Source: Psammoneis japonica
Taxonomy: Eukaryota
Assembly (NCBI GenBank): GCA_008632985.1
Contig: QPGO01000036.1
Location: 248,001-312,000, forward strand
Reading direction: 5' to 3'
Length of the DNA: 64,000 bases
Shown: piece after piece, positions 51,200 to 62,640 of the stretch
Layout of the letters: the number at the start of each line of letters is the position of its first letter
Position numbering within the stretch: the first letter of the stretch is position 1
Made by a program: the position numbers and the translations under genes
Notes under the pieces: model-generated
The model's database searches: none
Told to the model about the DNA's origin: nothing
Seen by the model: only the letters and a program-made list of their open reading frames with translations

Positions 51200-53150
51200 G
51201 TGTCTGGAAGAGTGGTGGTTGGTTGGCGCAGGCAGGTGCATGGTGCATTTTGGCTGTTTCTCATGTCATGATGCCAGGATCTGGCTGGAAATCAAATCTG
51301 ACCAAGTGGTGAAACCCCAAAACAGCACCAACCAAGGGCACAGCTGCTCCCCAAGGGCACTTGGTGTGTTGGCTGGGTCCAGTGGGCGACTGGAAGAGTG
51401 GTGGTCAATTGGTGCAATGGGCGCGTGGTGCATCTTGGGCTCATGACACCAGGATCTGGCTGGAGTGAGAGATCAAATCTGACAAAGTGACAAAACCACA
51501 AAACAGCACCAACCAAGGGCACAGCTGCTCCCTGAGAAGGGCACTTGGTGTGTTGGCAGGGTCCAGTGGGTGACTGGAAGAGTGGTGGTTGACTGGCGCA
51601 AGGGGCACATGGTGCATCTTTGGCTCCCTCTCAGTGTCACCCACCAAGGCTCCCTTGTCTCTGCAGGTTGGGTGCTGCCCACACTGAAACAAGTCACGCC
51701 AGGATGACAAGGGGCTGTGTTGACACAAGACAAGGCTTCTTCCACTGTCCAACCATGGTTCTTGCAGTCTCCCCTGGGACCCAATGACGGAGTCTCCCTC
51801 AACCATCCCAAGACAACTGCGCACTTGCAGTGTTGCACCAGTGGCTCCCTTGTCTCTGCAGCTGTCTGCCCCAGGACCCAATGGAGTCTCCTGTGACTGG
51901 CTGTCCCAAGACAACTGTGCACTTGCAGTTTTGTGCCAGTGGCTCCCTTGTCTCTGCAGGTTGGGTGCCCACACCAAGGCATGCAGCACCAGGATGACAG
52001 GGGGCTGCATCAACACAAGACAAGGCTTTTGCTGCCAAACAATGGATGTTGTTGGTTCCCCTTGGACCCAACAGAGTCTCCAGGAAAATCCGAAGACAAT
52101 TGTGCACTTGCAGTGTTGCGCCAGTGACTCTGTTGTCTCTGCAAGTTGGGTGCCTCCCAGCACACTGAAACAAGTCATGCCAGGATGACAAGGGGTTGTG
52201 TTGACACAAGACAAGGCTTCCACTGTCCAACCATGGCTCTTGCACCAGTCTGCCCTGGGACCCAACAGAGTTTCCCATGACCATCCCAAGACAACTGTGC
52301 ACTTGCAGTGTTGCACCAGTGGCTCCCTTGTCTCTGTCACTGTCTGCCCCAGGACCCAACAAAGTCTCCTGTGACCATCCCAGGACAACTGTGCACTTGC
52401 AGTGTCACGCCAGTGGCCAGTGGCTCCCTTGTTGTCTCTGCAGGTTGGGTGCCCACACCAAGGCATGTCACACCAGGATGACAAGGGGCCACATCAACAC
52501 ACAAGACAAGGCTTTCACTGCCAAACAATGGCTGTTGTTGGTTCCCTGGGGACCCAACAGAGTCTTCAGGGCAGTCCCAAGACAGCTGTGCACCCGCAGT
52601 GTTGTGCCAGTGACTCCCTTGTCTCTGCAGGTTGGGTGCTGCCCACACTGAAACAAGTCATGCCAGGATGACAAGGGGCCATGTTGACACAAGACAAAGC
52701 TTCCACTGTCCAACCACGGCTCTTGCAATCCACCCTGGGACCCAATGGAGTCTCCCATGACCATTCCAAGACAACTGTGCACTTGCAGTGCTGCACCAGT
52801 GGTTCCCTTGTCTCTGCTGTTTGGGTGCCCACACTGACGCATGTCATGCCAGGATGACAAGGGGCTGAGTCGACACAAGACAAGGCTTCCACTGCCAAAC
52901 CATGGTTGTTGTTGGCTTTCCTGGGACCCAACAGACTTTCCCACATGAATCCCAAGACATCTGTGCACTTGCAGTGTTGTGCCAGTGGCTCCAATGTCTC
53001 CACAAGTGGAGTGGCTGGAAAAAACCAGTCACGTCAGGATGACAAGGGGCAGTGTCAGCACAAAACAAAACTTTCATTGACAAACCATGGTTGTTGCTGG
53101 CTCCCTTGGGACCCAACAGAGTCTCCCATGGTCATCCCAAGACAGCTGCA
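51200..53150 (+). repeat. Complex tandem array: about 180-bp unit x2, then about 190-bp unit x7 with about 100-bp sub-duplications
   Basis: caggatgacaagggg anchors at about 51700, 51990, 52181, 52474, 52664, 52850 and 53035. Confidence 0.88.
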
Positions 53151-55188
53151 GACTTGCCATGTTTCTTTTGTCATGCCCCAGACTGCACAGGTGGGAGCCT
53201 CATGGGCAGAATCTTGCAGGGGTTGGTCAGCTTGATGCAGCAAACAAGGTGCAAAGTTGTCTTGGGACAGCATTGGTGGGCTCCAGTGGGTTGCCAGGGA
53301 CATGCCAACAACAAAGGGCAATGCACAGTGGAGCAAAAAATGGGCTCTGGCCCCACACAACCAGCGTGCTTGTCTTTCATGCATTGCCAGTCACTGTCCT
53401 GGGCACTTGCAGCCCAAGACAGAAAAGCCTTGCACAAACCATGGGAGAGATGATGTTTTGTCATCAACACAACCAATTTTTCCTCCAGTGGATGAAGCTT
53501 TGTGGCAGTGTTGGTTTCACAAATGCACGGAGGTCACAAGAGTCAAGCTTCTTCCATCTTCTCCAAATCCAGCACATCAAAGCCATGCAAGCCATGTCAT
53601 CTTCTTCATGGATGCTGCGATTGTTGTTCTCATTTTGGGGAGGGAAGAGGATGAGCAAAAATGGTGTGTTGAGAGAACATCAAACCCAGCATGTTGTTGG
53701 GGCACAAACTGTCATCAGATGGGTCTTGAGCCAGAGAGCCAACACCAAGTTCCTCTGTCACCAGCACATGATGGGAATCAATGACATCATCATTCAGCAA
53801 CGAGTCCTCCCATTGCTCATTGGGAAGCATGTTTCCACAGATGGTTGATTGAAACTCTTCATTGCTGATGGGAGGAAATGACAAAAAGGTGTGATGAATT
53901 GCCATCAAGAAGGGGCAGGGACATTGATCCTTTGGTGCTTGAATCAAGGGAATGGTTGAGAGGCTCTGATGTGTCAAAAGAGCAGGATGCAGCGTTGTTG
54001 CTCAGGGAGTGGTCGGGGGAGAAAGGTGCATTGTTTGGACCAAAGCAGAAGAAAGAAGAACACTGGGGACACCTTTAAAAATGTTGGCGGAGAGCGCACT
54101 CCTCTTTGTTGTCAGACATCCGACCAGGACAGAGAGTGGATTGCGACAGGAGTGTGCCATTGTCATTGGCAGATGTTGGATTGGAGAACAGGTTGTGAAG
54201 GACAGATGTGACAGAAACAGAGCAAAACAAAGGGAGAGAGCTGACAAATGGAAGCAAAAGGGAGCAAATGGAGCTGTTCTCAATGAGGTGAACATGTGAA
54301 CAAAACAAGCCACACAGGTGACTTCAAACGAGCAAAAAATCTTTCAATTGTTCATGAGTTAAAAGCTGTGAAGGGACAAAATCATCATCCATGTAAATTG
54401 AACAGATGTGGAAACAATCAGCACAAACATGAAAATTTTGACAATTGATGAGTGCCACTCTGTCCAAGCATGGAAACATGTCACAGATGGTTGCAGCCCA
54501 GTGCACTTGCAATGTGGCATGTCTTTTGTTGGGCACTGAGTCATGTGTGCAGTTGACAGGACTCAAGCCCTTCAACCTGCAACAAGGGCAGAGCTTGAAA
54601 GTGTGCACAGAGGACAGGTGAAACACTTGACAGGCTGAGGCAGGACAGCCATGTCACATGCTTGGGAGGTTTGCAGATGAACCACAGAGTCCAGAGGGCA
54701 TGTGTGCAGAGTGTGGGTGCTTGGGAGTCATTCTTGTTGGGAGCATGTGCAAAAGTGACACCCCTGTGTTCTCTTCAGGACATCAGAGAAAACCCAAGTT
54801 TGATTGCCTGCATGCACTGCAACTGGTTGCTGGCTCTGCTTCAACTGTTGTGCACTCACCAAGCGCCATGGATCATGAAACACCACAGGGCCCCAAAGAG
54901 AAAAATGGAAAGCACGCTGTTCACTCATCACGTGTGTGGAGAAGGAACTGCATCACAAATTCACAAATGGCAAACGGGAAGCAAATTAAGACTGTAGCGA
55001 CTGTGCTCCGCTCAAGAATCAAGAGTGGAGTGACTTTCTGCGAATGCTTGGGTTAGCAACTGCCAGTGGATTCAACAATCGCTGCAGTCGGTGCGACGAA
55101 GAACTAGCGCTTGGATTCATTGCGGGCTAGATGACAGGCTGTTCTAATCCTTAGATAGATTTTACTAACTTCTCTACAATCAGCTTGA

Positions 55189-56402
55189 TTATTTGTTCAT
55201 GACTGCTTTGACAAAGGCATCGATTTCTTTCTCTAATTGCGCCTTTTCGTGCAGTCCGTTGATCAGTTGCGGCGGCAGTTTGTCTTGCCCGGCCCTGCCC
55301 CCAAGATAGCGCCAAGAATAGAGCCTCGGTGAACATTCTCACCACCAACATTAGCATTGGCAACTATGCCCGTCCAAACATCTCCAAACGGTAAGTACTT
55401 GCATATCATGTCTAGGGTGGGGGCCAAGCTACTTGACAAGTAGCACGCTGTCATTTGGTCTTGCCTCCTTGACGACGGCATGGTCCGAAGGCCAAACTTT
55501 ATCGCTGTTTCTCGTAGAGACGTTGACATGTCATCCCCTTTCTCACTGGGCTCATGCACGGAATCATAAACGAAGGCACCCCAAGAATGCCCAATACGTT
55601 CCAGTTGCTTCGATCGTCTAGTGACAGATGCTGTCTCAGCAGCGACCGCTGCTGCCTTGTCCTTGTTACCGCCACTCGCACTTGCGGCTAGCGCAGCAAT
55701 CGTAGGGAGAACGAGGCCGTCAATGGTATCTACATTATGCTGGTCGTTGTCGGGGCACTGCTCTGGTGGCAACTTTTTGAAGACTAGGTTGGCGAAAAAC
55801 ATTCGATGGCAGGTCGATGCGTATGTGTCGTTGTGGCTGCCTGGTGTCATCATGAAATCCAGGTATGCCTTACGAAAATGGTTCGAATCAAAGACACCAT
55901 TATTGGCAACGATACTTTTCATCAGCACCCTTCCCAACTGGGCCTCCAAAGTGTTCTCTCCTCTGGCGAGTGTGGCGTGGTAATGAATTGATTTTTTCGG
56001 GTCCCACAATTCGCGCTTTCCGTGATTAATGACATCGCCGATAATGGAAATGCCGCCATTTTTCTTCGAAAACGAGCCACGTCCGCCGCCGTTGACGTTG
56101 CTTTTATTAAGAATGGAGCCCGCAAGATTCAGTTTGGGCCTTGTGTAGTCTACGATGCCTTCCGCACCATAATCTGCCCGTATTTGACGTGGTCCCCCGT
56201 AGTACCAGTGAGTCGGCGCCGCCAATGCATCACCCGCAAAGAAACCCCACAGCGCTCCCCTTATCCTCGATTCCACAAGTGCCGCAGTATTACCACCTGC
56301 ACAGGTGGCGCTCGAAGACATTATTGAATGGGAAGACGATGGACAGAGAAGTAGGAACAACGCAATTGAAAGCGCCTGAGATGATTTACCCAGCGGCTTC
56401 AT
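55189..56402 (-). CDS. ADP-ribosylglycohydrolase (DraG/ARH family)-like protein; apparent 1-nt deletion near 55295
   Basis: RGALWGFFAGDALAAPTHWYY, GENTL, HNDTY, NANVGGENVHRGSILGAILGA. One added base restores RAGQDKLPPQLINGL...VMNK*. Confidence 0.85.
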
Positions 56403-56951
56403 GCAACTTCAATCATCCAGAATTTGAATGGCAATTTGTAGTAATTTTTCCCACTCTGATCGCCACGATCAGCGTCACTCCGACGCCATTGCCCTGGCGC
56501 CAGATCGAGGGATTGACTGACTCATCGGAGTGGCTCAATCGCAGTGCGGACAGCAGTGATACCGGTAACCATCCACGACCACGACATGCTCCGTCAGCCG
56601 TCAGGCCTCGCACGACTCGCGGAAACTTCCCGCGCAACCCCAGTCGTATACGTGACTAACAATTCTTCGCGCGACTTCGTAGAAATGTACACAGAGCTCA
56701 GTAACAAGCTTTTTCAGTGATGGAGGGTTGTGGTCGCGTTTCTGCAGCGAGAACGCGAAGCGATGAAACTGCGGTGAATCAACGAATTCAACGCTTTGTA
56801 CTGCTCCATCAGTTCCCAAAAACAATCAAGAAGTGACTGGTGACTGGAGAGCAACAAGACGTACTACTACAATATCAAGTCGTCCCACTCTTTGCATAGA
56901 AGCACCAAGTGTGACACGGGCAGCTTGTCAATCGACACCTCACAATACACT

Positions 56952-57866
56952 ATGACGACTACGGTTGTTGCCCAACCCCTCTATGGTGAACACAGCTTTC
57001 TTTCTCGACTCCTTTTCAGTGCGACCGACGCAAGTCCTGTCATGATTTCTAGCGATTCTTCATTTGATGCAATGTTGGTACACGATGCACCTTGTATTCC
57101 ATCCATGGATGACCTTCGACCTTCACGCACAAGGGTCAAAGACGAAAAGATGCCGTCCCCGGATGAGAAAGCTGAAGCAAATACCGAACACCGTAAATCC
57201 GCTTGCAGTGGCGTACTCCACAAAGACGCTGGGTTTGCACTAGTTGAAGCAGCTAATATACAGTTCAACTGCAACAACAGGGAAAGAGCATTTGCATTGT
57301 GGGACGAAGCGCTGCAACTGCAAAGAAAGCTACTAGGTCTGCGCCATTTAGCTGTTAGCCGCACCCTCGTAAAGAGAGGCATTGCTTATTGTAAAATTGG
57401 CTCATACTACGAAGCAATATTGGATTTGGAAAGTGCATTCCACATTCAACAACGAGAATCGCAAAAAATGGTAAACGAAAACAATCGAGTCGACGGCGAA
57501 GACCCGCTACTTTTATTGGAAATGGCAGACACCCTTTTAAACCTCGGTAAAGCTCAACAGAGATACGGTTCCCTGGAAGAGGCCATACATAGTCTTTCGC
57601 AGTGTTCTGCTCTGACGAAGCAATACTACGGAGAAGTACACCCGAGAGTAGCAAAAGTGGAGTGCCTTATTGGAAAGTTTCACCAGCAGCAAAGGCATTT
57701 TACAAAGGCTCTGTCATCGTACCGAAGAGGATTAGAGTTGTACAAGCAATGCGGGGTCCAAAAGCGCCATCCAGACGTAAGATGGGTGCACAAATGTCTG
57801 TCAGATCGAAGCATGGGAGCCGACCGATTGTTTTGGTCTCGGAATTGCTTAGATAATACCATATGA
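56952..57866 (+). CDS. Tetratricopeptide-repeat protein
   Basis: Kinesin-light-chain-like TPRs (HLAVSRTLVKRGIAY, ADTLLNLGKAQ, HPRVAKVECLIG). Confidence 0.8.
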   Translation: MTTTVVAQPLYGEHSFLSRLLFSATDASPVMISSDSSFDAMLVHDAPCIPSMDDLRPSRTRVKDEKMPSPDEKAEANTEHRKSACSGVLHKDAGFALVEAANIQFNCNNRERAFALWDEALQLQRKLLGLRHLAVSRTLVKRGIAYCKIGSYYEAILDLESAFHIQQRESQKMVNENNRVDGEDPLLLLEMADTLLNLGKAQQRYGSLEEAIHSLSQCSALTKQYYGEVHPRVAKVECLIGKFHQQQRHFTKALSSYRRGLELYKQCGVQKRHPDVRWVHKCLSDRSMGADRLFWSRNCLDNTI

Positions 57867-58003
57867 CTCTGTGTGCTACGCGCTACAGTGACACGACGAT
57901 AGAGAGCGACAGTTACATGCTAACTTTACAACAATAGAGCACTGCTTTACGAGAATAGCGAACTCCCCACATGTCTACTCGGTCGCGGAGAAATGCAACG
58001 AAA

Positions 58004-58160
58004 TAATAGGTGTGACTTGTTGCTTGAGCTTAGAATTGAGATTAATGGATTTTAATTTGTGCTCGAACGCTCTCAACAACGACTAATAGGTGTGACTTGT
58101 TGCTTGAGTTAGAATTGAGCTTAATGGGTTAAGGTGTGTTCAAACGCTCTCAACAACGAC
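58004..58160 (+). repeat. Tandem duplication, about 80-bp unit x2, TpA retained
   Basis: taataggtgtgacttgttgcttgag...aacgctctcaacaacgac at 58004 and 58084. Confidence 0.9.
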
Positions 58161-58668
58161 TTTAGATCTCGCGTCGGAGATGCGAGGAAGCAAGAATCCC
58201 CTCCTGCGTGAAAGCATCATTCGTCGCCACGATTACGTTGCACCGATTGATGAGTGGTGCACGCGTACACTATTCCCCGGTAAAATTGAGGATGCATACG
58301 CACTCTTTGGTAGTTTTCTCCCCACCTAGTGTACGAACAATTCTTGTTGATACACGATGCTTGTGAAGACTTGGCAGAATCGTTTGAAGCCTCGGATCGA
58401 GCAATCATCAGTAGTAGTGAGGACCTGGATGAGTACGTGGACGAGCCGAACTGACGTGACAGCACTGCAACATACCGGTAGGCAAAGATGAATGCTGATG
58501 TGGAGGAGCGTAGCATTCTTAGCATATCTTTTGACGAAAAGTGAGTGGGTTTATGCATCAGAAGATGAAGATGATTCCGATTCCACGGAACTGATCGGGC
58601 TCGGGGCTGCAGCATGTGCGGGCTTTCCTATTTGATGAACGAACGCAGACCCGACAATGTCGTCGCGT

Positions 58669-59835
58669 TCATTGCATTTCTTTCAGAAATTCAAGAGCCG
58701 TTTCGAAGGACATCTTGTCTCTGGGTATGTCGGAACGGGTTTCCAAAAAAGCATTCCAGTCCTCCATAAAGTGCTCAAAAGTCAAATGTTCGCGTTCAGC
58801 ATCTGTAAACAACACGTTGTAGCACCTCATCATATCCAACAGCCCCTGCTTGCTAGAGCAAGCATAACCCTCGTCTTCTTGCATCCAGTCGATCTTCAAA
58901 CGTGCTTCTCGTATCGGAGTCAACATGGGATTTGATGACTGAAACCAGTGATTGTTGCAGCTTTGGATGTGCTGATGCACTAGATCCCGGTCCAAAGCAC
59001 TTGCGGCAGTTTGCTTTTCACAAATCAAAACACTCACATGTTTTCTATAGTTTGAACTCGGGTCGAAAGTACCAGAGGACCATACGGAAGGCATGGTAGC
59101 TGGAGCGTCTATATGATCCTGACTATCATTTGAAGGTGACGAAGCTTCCAGTGCTGGGGCGAGATTTTGATGAACACCTGTTGCTTTTTCGTTTTCACTT
59201 TCGGGGTCCAAGTCACCGCCAGACGAAACTGAAGCTTCCACTATTCTTGGCATGGCGTAATACCCGACTGTCCATGTAGCCCCTGGGCAGTCTTTGAGTA
59301 TTCGAGAAATGAAGTTGTAATCATGAAACGATACTACAACATAGATACCACCCACCTTCAGACTGTCATGGGCCAAGCACAACAGCCCGGCCGCGGCATC
59401 ATCGTTGGAACACATGACAAAATCTAAGGTCGATTTGTCCACCGCCAAATCAAAGTACTCGCTTGGTATCTGCTCTACTACTATGCTTTCGCTGAAATCC
59501 ATCCTCACAAACTCCATCTTGCGGCTCGCTTCTTTATCTCCGTTGAGTCTTCTTCCCCATCGATTCTCTATTCTGTCAAGGGCGTCAGCATCTCGATCCA
59601 CATTGACAACATGACTGAAACCCAATTCCTGAATTAAAACTTCTCCCAAGACTGAGTCGCCGCATCCAAGGTGCAGTGCCGATCTCTCCATATCACACGC
59701 ATTCTCCGGCCGAGACAACCCACAGATTCTCGGCTTCAGCAGGGCTCCTAAACTTTCTGCGCTTGTAAGCCATTCAAAAGGGCATTCGGTATCTTTTGAC
59801 GTCCGGCTTGTATTTGTGGCTGATTTCCTAGCCAT
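58669..59835 (-). CDS. Class I SAM-dependent methyltransferase (METTL13/EEF1AKMT4-like)
   Basis: FEWL, LHLGCGDS, VVNVD, FDLAVDKSTLD, LKVGGIYVVVSF. Confidence 0.8.
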   Translation of the reverse strand: MARKSATNTSRTSKDTECPFEWLTSAESLGALLKPRICGLSRPENACDMERSALHLGCGDSVLGEVLIQELGFSHVVNVDRDADALDRIENRWGRRLNGDKEASRKMEFVRMDFSESIVVEQIPSEYFDLAVDKSTLDFVMCSNDDAAAGLLCLAHDSLKVGGIYVVVSFHDYNFISRILKDCPGATWTVGYYAMPRIVEASVSSGGDLDPESENEKATGVHQNLAPALEASSPSNDSQDHIDAPATMPSVWSSGTFDPSSNYRKHVSVLICEKQTAASALDRDLVHQHIQSCNNHWFQSSNPMLTPIREARLKIDWMQEDEGYACSSKQGLLDMMRCYNVLFTDAEREHLTFEHFMEDWNAFLETRSDIPRDKMSFETALEFLKEMQ

Positions 59836-60154
59836 GATACTTATCCATGGGGGACTGAGGAAACATCATCAAAAGTACGGAGAAGTTCGTGAAAGCATCA
59901 TGGCGAACGAACCCAGAACGCTGAACGCTCGCCGTTATCATATTTGGTTTGAGTTGCCGCCGACACGTGGCGCGTGCGCATGGCTTTCGCTCGTACGTCG
60001 CTCGTCGCCCATTTTTCATGGTATTTTGTCTGTCCACCCACCCGGCAGAACAGCATATTACAGTACAAGTATGCCCGATGCACGATGACGAAGGCACTAA
60101 CTGCCGACGCTCAATAAGCGCTATCTTCGACTTTCTTTCCAAAGCGACACGACA

Positions 60155-60913
60155 ATGGCCACAGTCTCATCTACGAGTCCAGACTTACCAGTCATTATAA
60201 TTGGCGTTGCAGGCGGCTCGGGTTCAGGAAAAACGACCTTGACGAAGCGAATCCAACAAGAGCTAGGCGATGAAAATGTGGCGTACTTGCTCCATGACAG
60301 TTATTACAAAGGTGGGCGCAAAGAAGCGACGAAACAAGCTATAGAATTTCACAAATAGCTCTTATGCACTGCCTTACCCTTGTTCTGTGTCGTATCTTTA
60401 CTTGTAGACATCACACACCTGCCGATTGAGGAAAGAGCAAAAACAAACTTCGATCATCCTGATTCACTAGATACGGAATTGTTGGTTACGCATATTTGCG
60501 CCTTGAAGCGAGGACTATCTGTAGACGTCCCACAATACGACTTTACAACGCACAGTCGAACCCCAGTTACCACACCGATTGCCCCCAAGAAGATAATTTT
60601 GGTCGAGGGCATACTTATATTTTCAAACCCAGATCTGGTCAAAAATATAGATTTGAAAGTCTTTGTTAATACCCAGGCCGACGTTCGATTCATGCGTCGG
60701 CTAAAGAGAGACATGGAGTCACGTGGTCGAACATTTGATGAAGTCGTAAGACAGTATAATGAAACTGTTCGACCCATGCACGACCAATATGTTGAACCGT
60801 CGAAACACAACGCGGATGTGACTGTGAACAACTCCGATGGGAACTACGCAAGCATGAAGATGACTGTGAGAATGATTACGAATCACTTGCGTGTCGAAGC
60901 AGGCTTACTCTAG
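60155..60913 (+). CDS. udk: Uridine kinase; intron 60312-60407
   Basis: [61 protein letters not shown]. Confidence 0.93.
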
Positions 60914-61040
60914 AGGCTGTTGAAAAGCCTAAGGTATTCCACTGGGACTACCTGAACCTGTACAGCAATGTTGGATTTACTTTTTGTTCGTCCATGCGAT
61001 GACAGTCACTTAGTTTTGCACAGATTACTAATTCAGCCCT

Positions 61041-62093
61041 TTAAAAGCATTCAAAGATGTCATCTGGAGGTTGAATATCAGAACTTGAAGGGTCGGGGAA
61101 CCAGCAGAAATCAATTTTTCGCAAGGCCTGTAGTCTTTCGTCGTTAATTCCGGAAACGGTAATGTTGTGGGTGGTGCCGTGATGATGAACTGAATGTACA
61201 TATTCACGACACGTATGCCTCTGATGCCGCACCCAGGATCCTAGCTCGGGGTTCGCATCGTATTGCTGGGGGACGTTACAATGCCCATACTTCTTGTTGA
61301 ATACAACCAATTCTCCAAACATCCTCCACCATTTGTCACGTTTAGGTGCCCAAGAAAATCCCACAACATTCAACAGCTCTATTTGCTCACTCGTTAAAGG
61401 CTTGTGAGGTGCTTTTGATGTCGGACTGTTCGATTCCCTATATCTGCGCCGTTGTTCAGACACCCATCTCCCTAACGCAGGGTTCTTACTGTACGTCGAC
61501 GGAACTAGCGCATGGCCGTGTTGTTCTCGGAACTCTACAAGTTGGTGAAAGCGGATTTGCCAGTTGGCACGATGCATGTTCCATTCAAAACCCAACGATC
61601 TCAATTTCTCAATCCGTTCTTGGGTCAAGTAGGGCAATCCACGTGAGTACTGTGCACGCTGATTTCTAACCCAATCGGCGAGCTCCTTGTACTCTGTACA
61701 ACCAAAGGTCGGCTGAGGCACATGGCAGTGTCCATGCTTTTCCTTGTACGCGCGTAACTCTTCAAACCTCTCATTCCACCGTTGTGTAGCATAATTGGTC
61801 ACGTCTTGCCGTTTTTTTTCTTCTTTTGGAATGACGCTCGTCCACGGCGTTGTGTCTGCTCTCGAACGACTAGAAGCAAACCCAACACTAGTGTCGTTTG
61901 AAACAGAAAAGGGTGGTATTGAATAGGATACCATTTGCAAACGAGAGTCTGTGTCTCTTCTATGGCGCTTGAAATTCCGACGACCCATGGCAATGGACGC
62001 ATCCAAAGGCCTGCCTCCTCTAGACAACATCCAAGCGGTGCATGTTGTCAAAACGAGCGAGGTCACAGTGACTACAACCGGAAAGTTTACCAT
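61041..62093 (-). CDS. Helicase-associated (HA) domain repeat protein with signal/plastid-like presequence
   Basis: Three W..RF.EL..Y/F...HGH..VP...L..WV..QR repeats and a hydrophobic leader ending CTAW. Confidence 0.88.
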   Translation of the reverse strand: MVNFPVVVTVTSLVLTTCTAWMLSRGGRPLDASIAMGRRNFKRHRRDTDSRLQMVSYSIPPFSVSNDTSVGFASSRSRADTTPWTSVIPKEEKKRQDVTNYATQRWNERFEELRAYKEKHGHCHVPQPTFGCTEYKELADWVRNQRAQYSRGLPYLTQERIEKLRSLGFEWNMHRANWQIRFHQLVEFREQHGHALVPSTYSKNPALGRWVSEQRRRYRESNSPTSKAPHKPLTSEQIELLNVVGFSWAPKRDKWWRMFGELVVFNKKYGHCNVPQQYDANPELGSWVRHQRHTCREYVHSVHHHGTTHNITVSGINDERLQALRKIDFCWFPDPSSSDIQPPDDIFECF

Positions 62094-62640
62094 GGCTTGA
62101 GTCGATTTTCACACCTCTCGAACGTGTAATCTTTTCGCCGTATCAAATACCATTTTCACTAGCTAGGACAAGAACATCAAGAAATGCAGTGGCATTCGTT
62201 TGCTCTGACTCACTGTCCCTCCATCATCGCATCCGCACAGTGATCCCCGATGTAGAACAAGAATTGGGTCATGCGTGACGTCGATCCGCCACCACAAAAA
62301 GACGTCACTGTTTTTTACCGGTATTTGGCGGGAAGAATAAAAACGGGGTGACGTGTTGATGTTGAGGTCGCGGATGCCGATACCGTAGATGTCAAAGACG
62401 ATGGATACAGTGCCGTGTCTATTGTGTATGATACGAACGACGAGCTGGAGGAGCTGGGCAGCTTTAACTCAAGGAGTTTGCTCCGACGTCGCCGCTGCAT
62501 GACACCAATAAACGAGGTGCTTTTGGAATTGCGGGGCGCGACTTGGTTGGCATTGGCAACTTTGTTTGCGCTGTTTTAGGTGTGCTTGTGATTACGAGGA
62601 GATTGTCTGAATCTTGGATTGTAGTGTTTCTCTGCCGAAG

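Larger units (their letters stand above)
48170..54860 (+). repeat. Dispersed direct repeat: about 48170-48592 versus 54555-54860
   Basis: catgtcacatgcttgggaggtttgcag.tgaaccacaga and aaaacccaagtttgattgcc shared, 6.4 kb apart. Confidence 0.75.
43670..54990. other. TpA- and CpG-depleted hypermutated domain 2 (old repeats, no recognisable genes)
   Basis: About 28 TpA in about 11.3 kb by eye, none between about 50969 and 54075. CpG is also rare. Many internal duplications. Confidence 0.9.

Noticed and set aside
51630..53150. CRISPR-like array
   Set aside because: Whole units of about 190 bp are homologous with no unique spacers, there are no cas genes, and the context is eukaryotic.
48170..54860. 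Direct repeats as LTRs of a second retrotransposon
   Set aside because: No TG...CA ends, TSD, PPT or pol remnants are recognisable between them.
43716..55056. Dozens of overlapping ORFs as real genes, or an alternative genetic code
   Set aside because: They are explained by loss of TAA/TAG, occur in all six frames and show no recognisable domains. Flanking genes use the standard code.
55263..55310. Programmed frameshifts or pseudogenisation in host genes (here, about 1270 and about 3838)
   Set aside because: These are single-base indels, two of them in or beside homopolymers, in otherwise intact genes. Assembly error is the simplest explanation; check reads.
58217..58615. 132-aa ORF downstream of the methyltransferase
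   Set aside because: No motif or clear coding signal.
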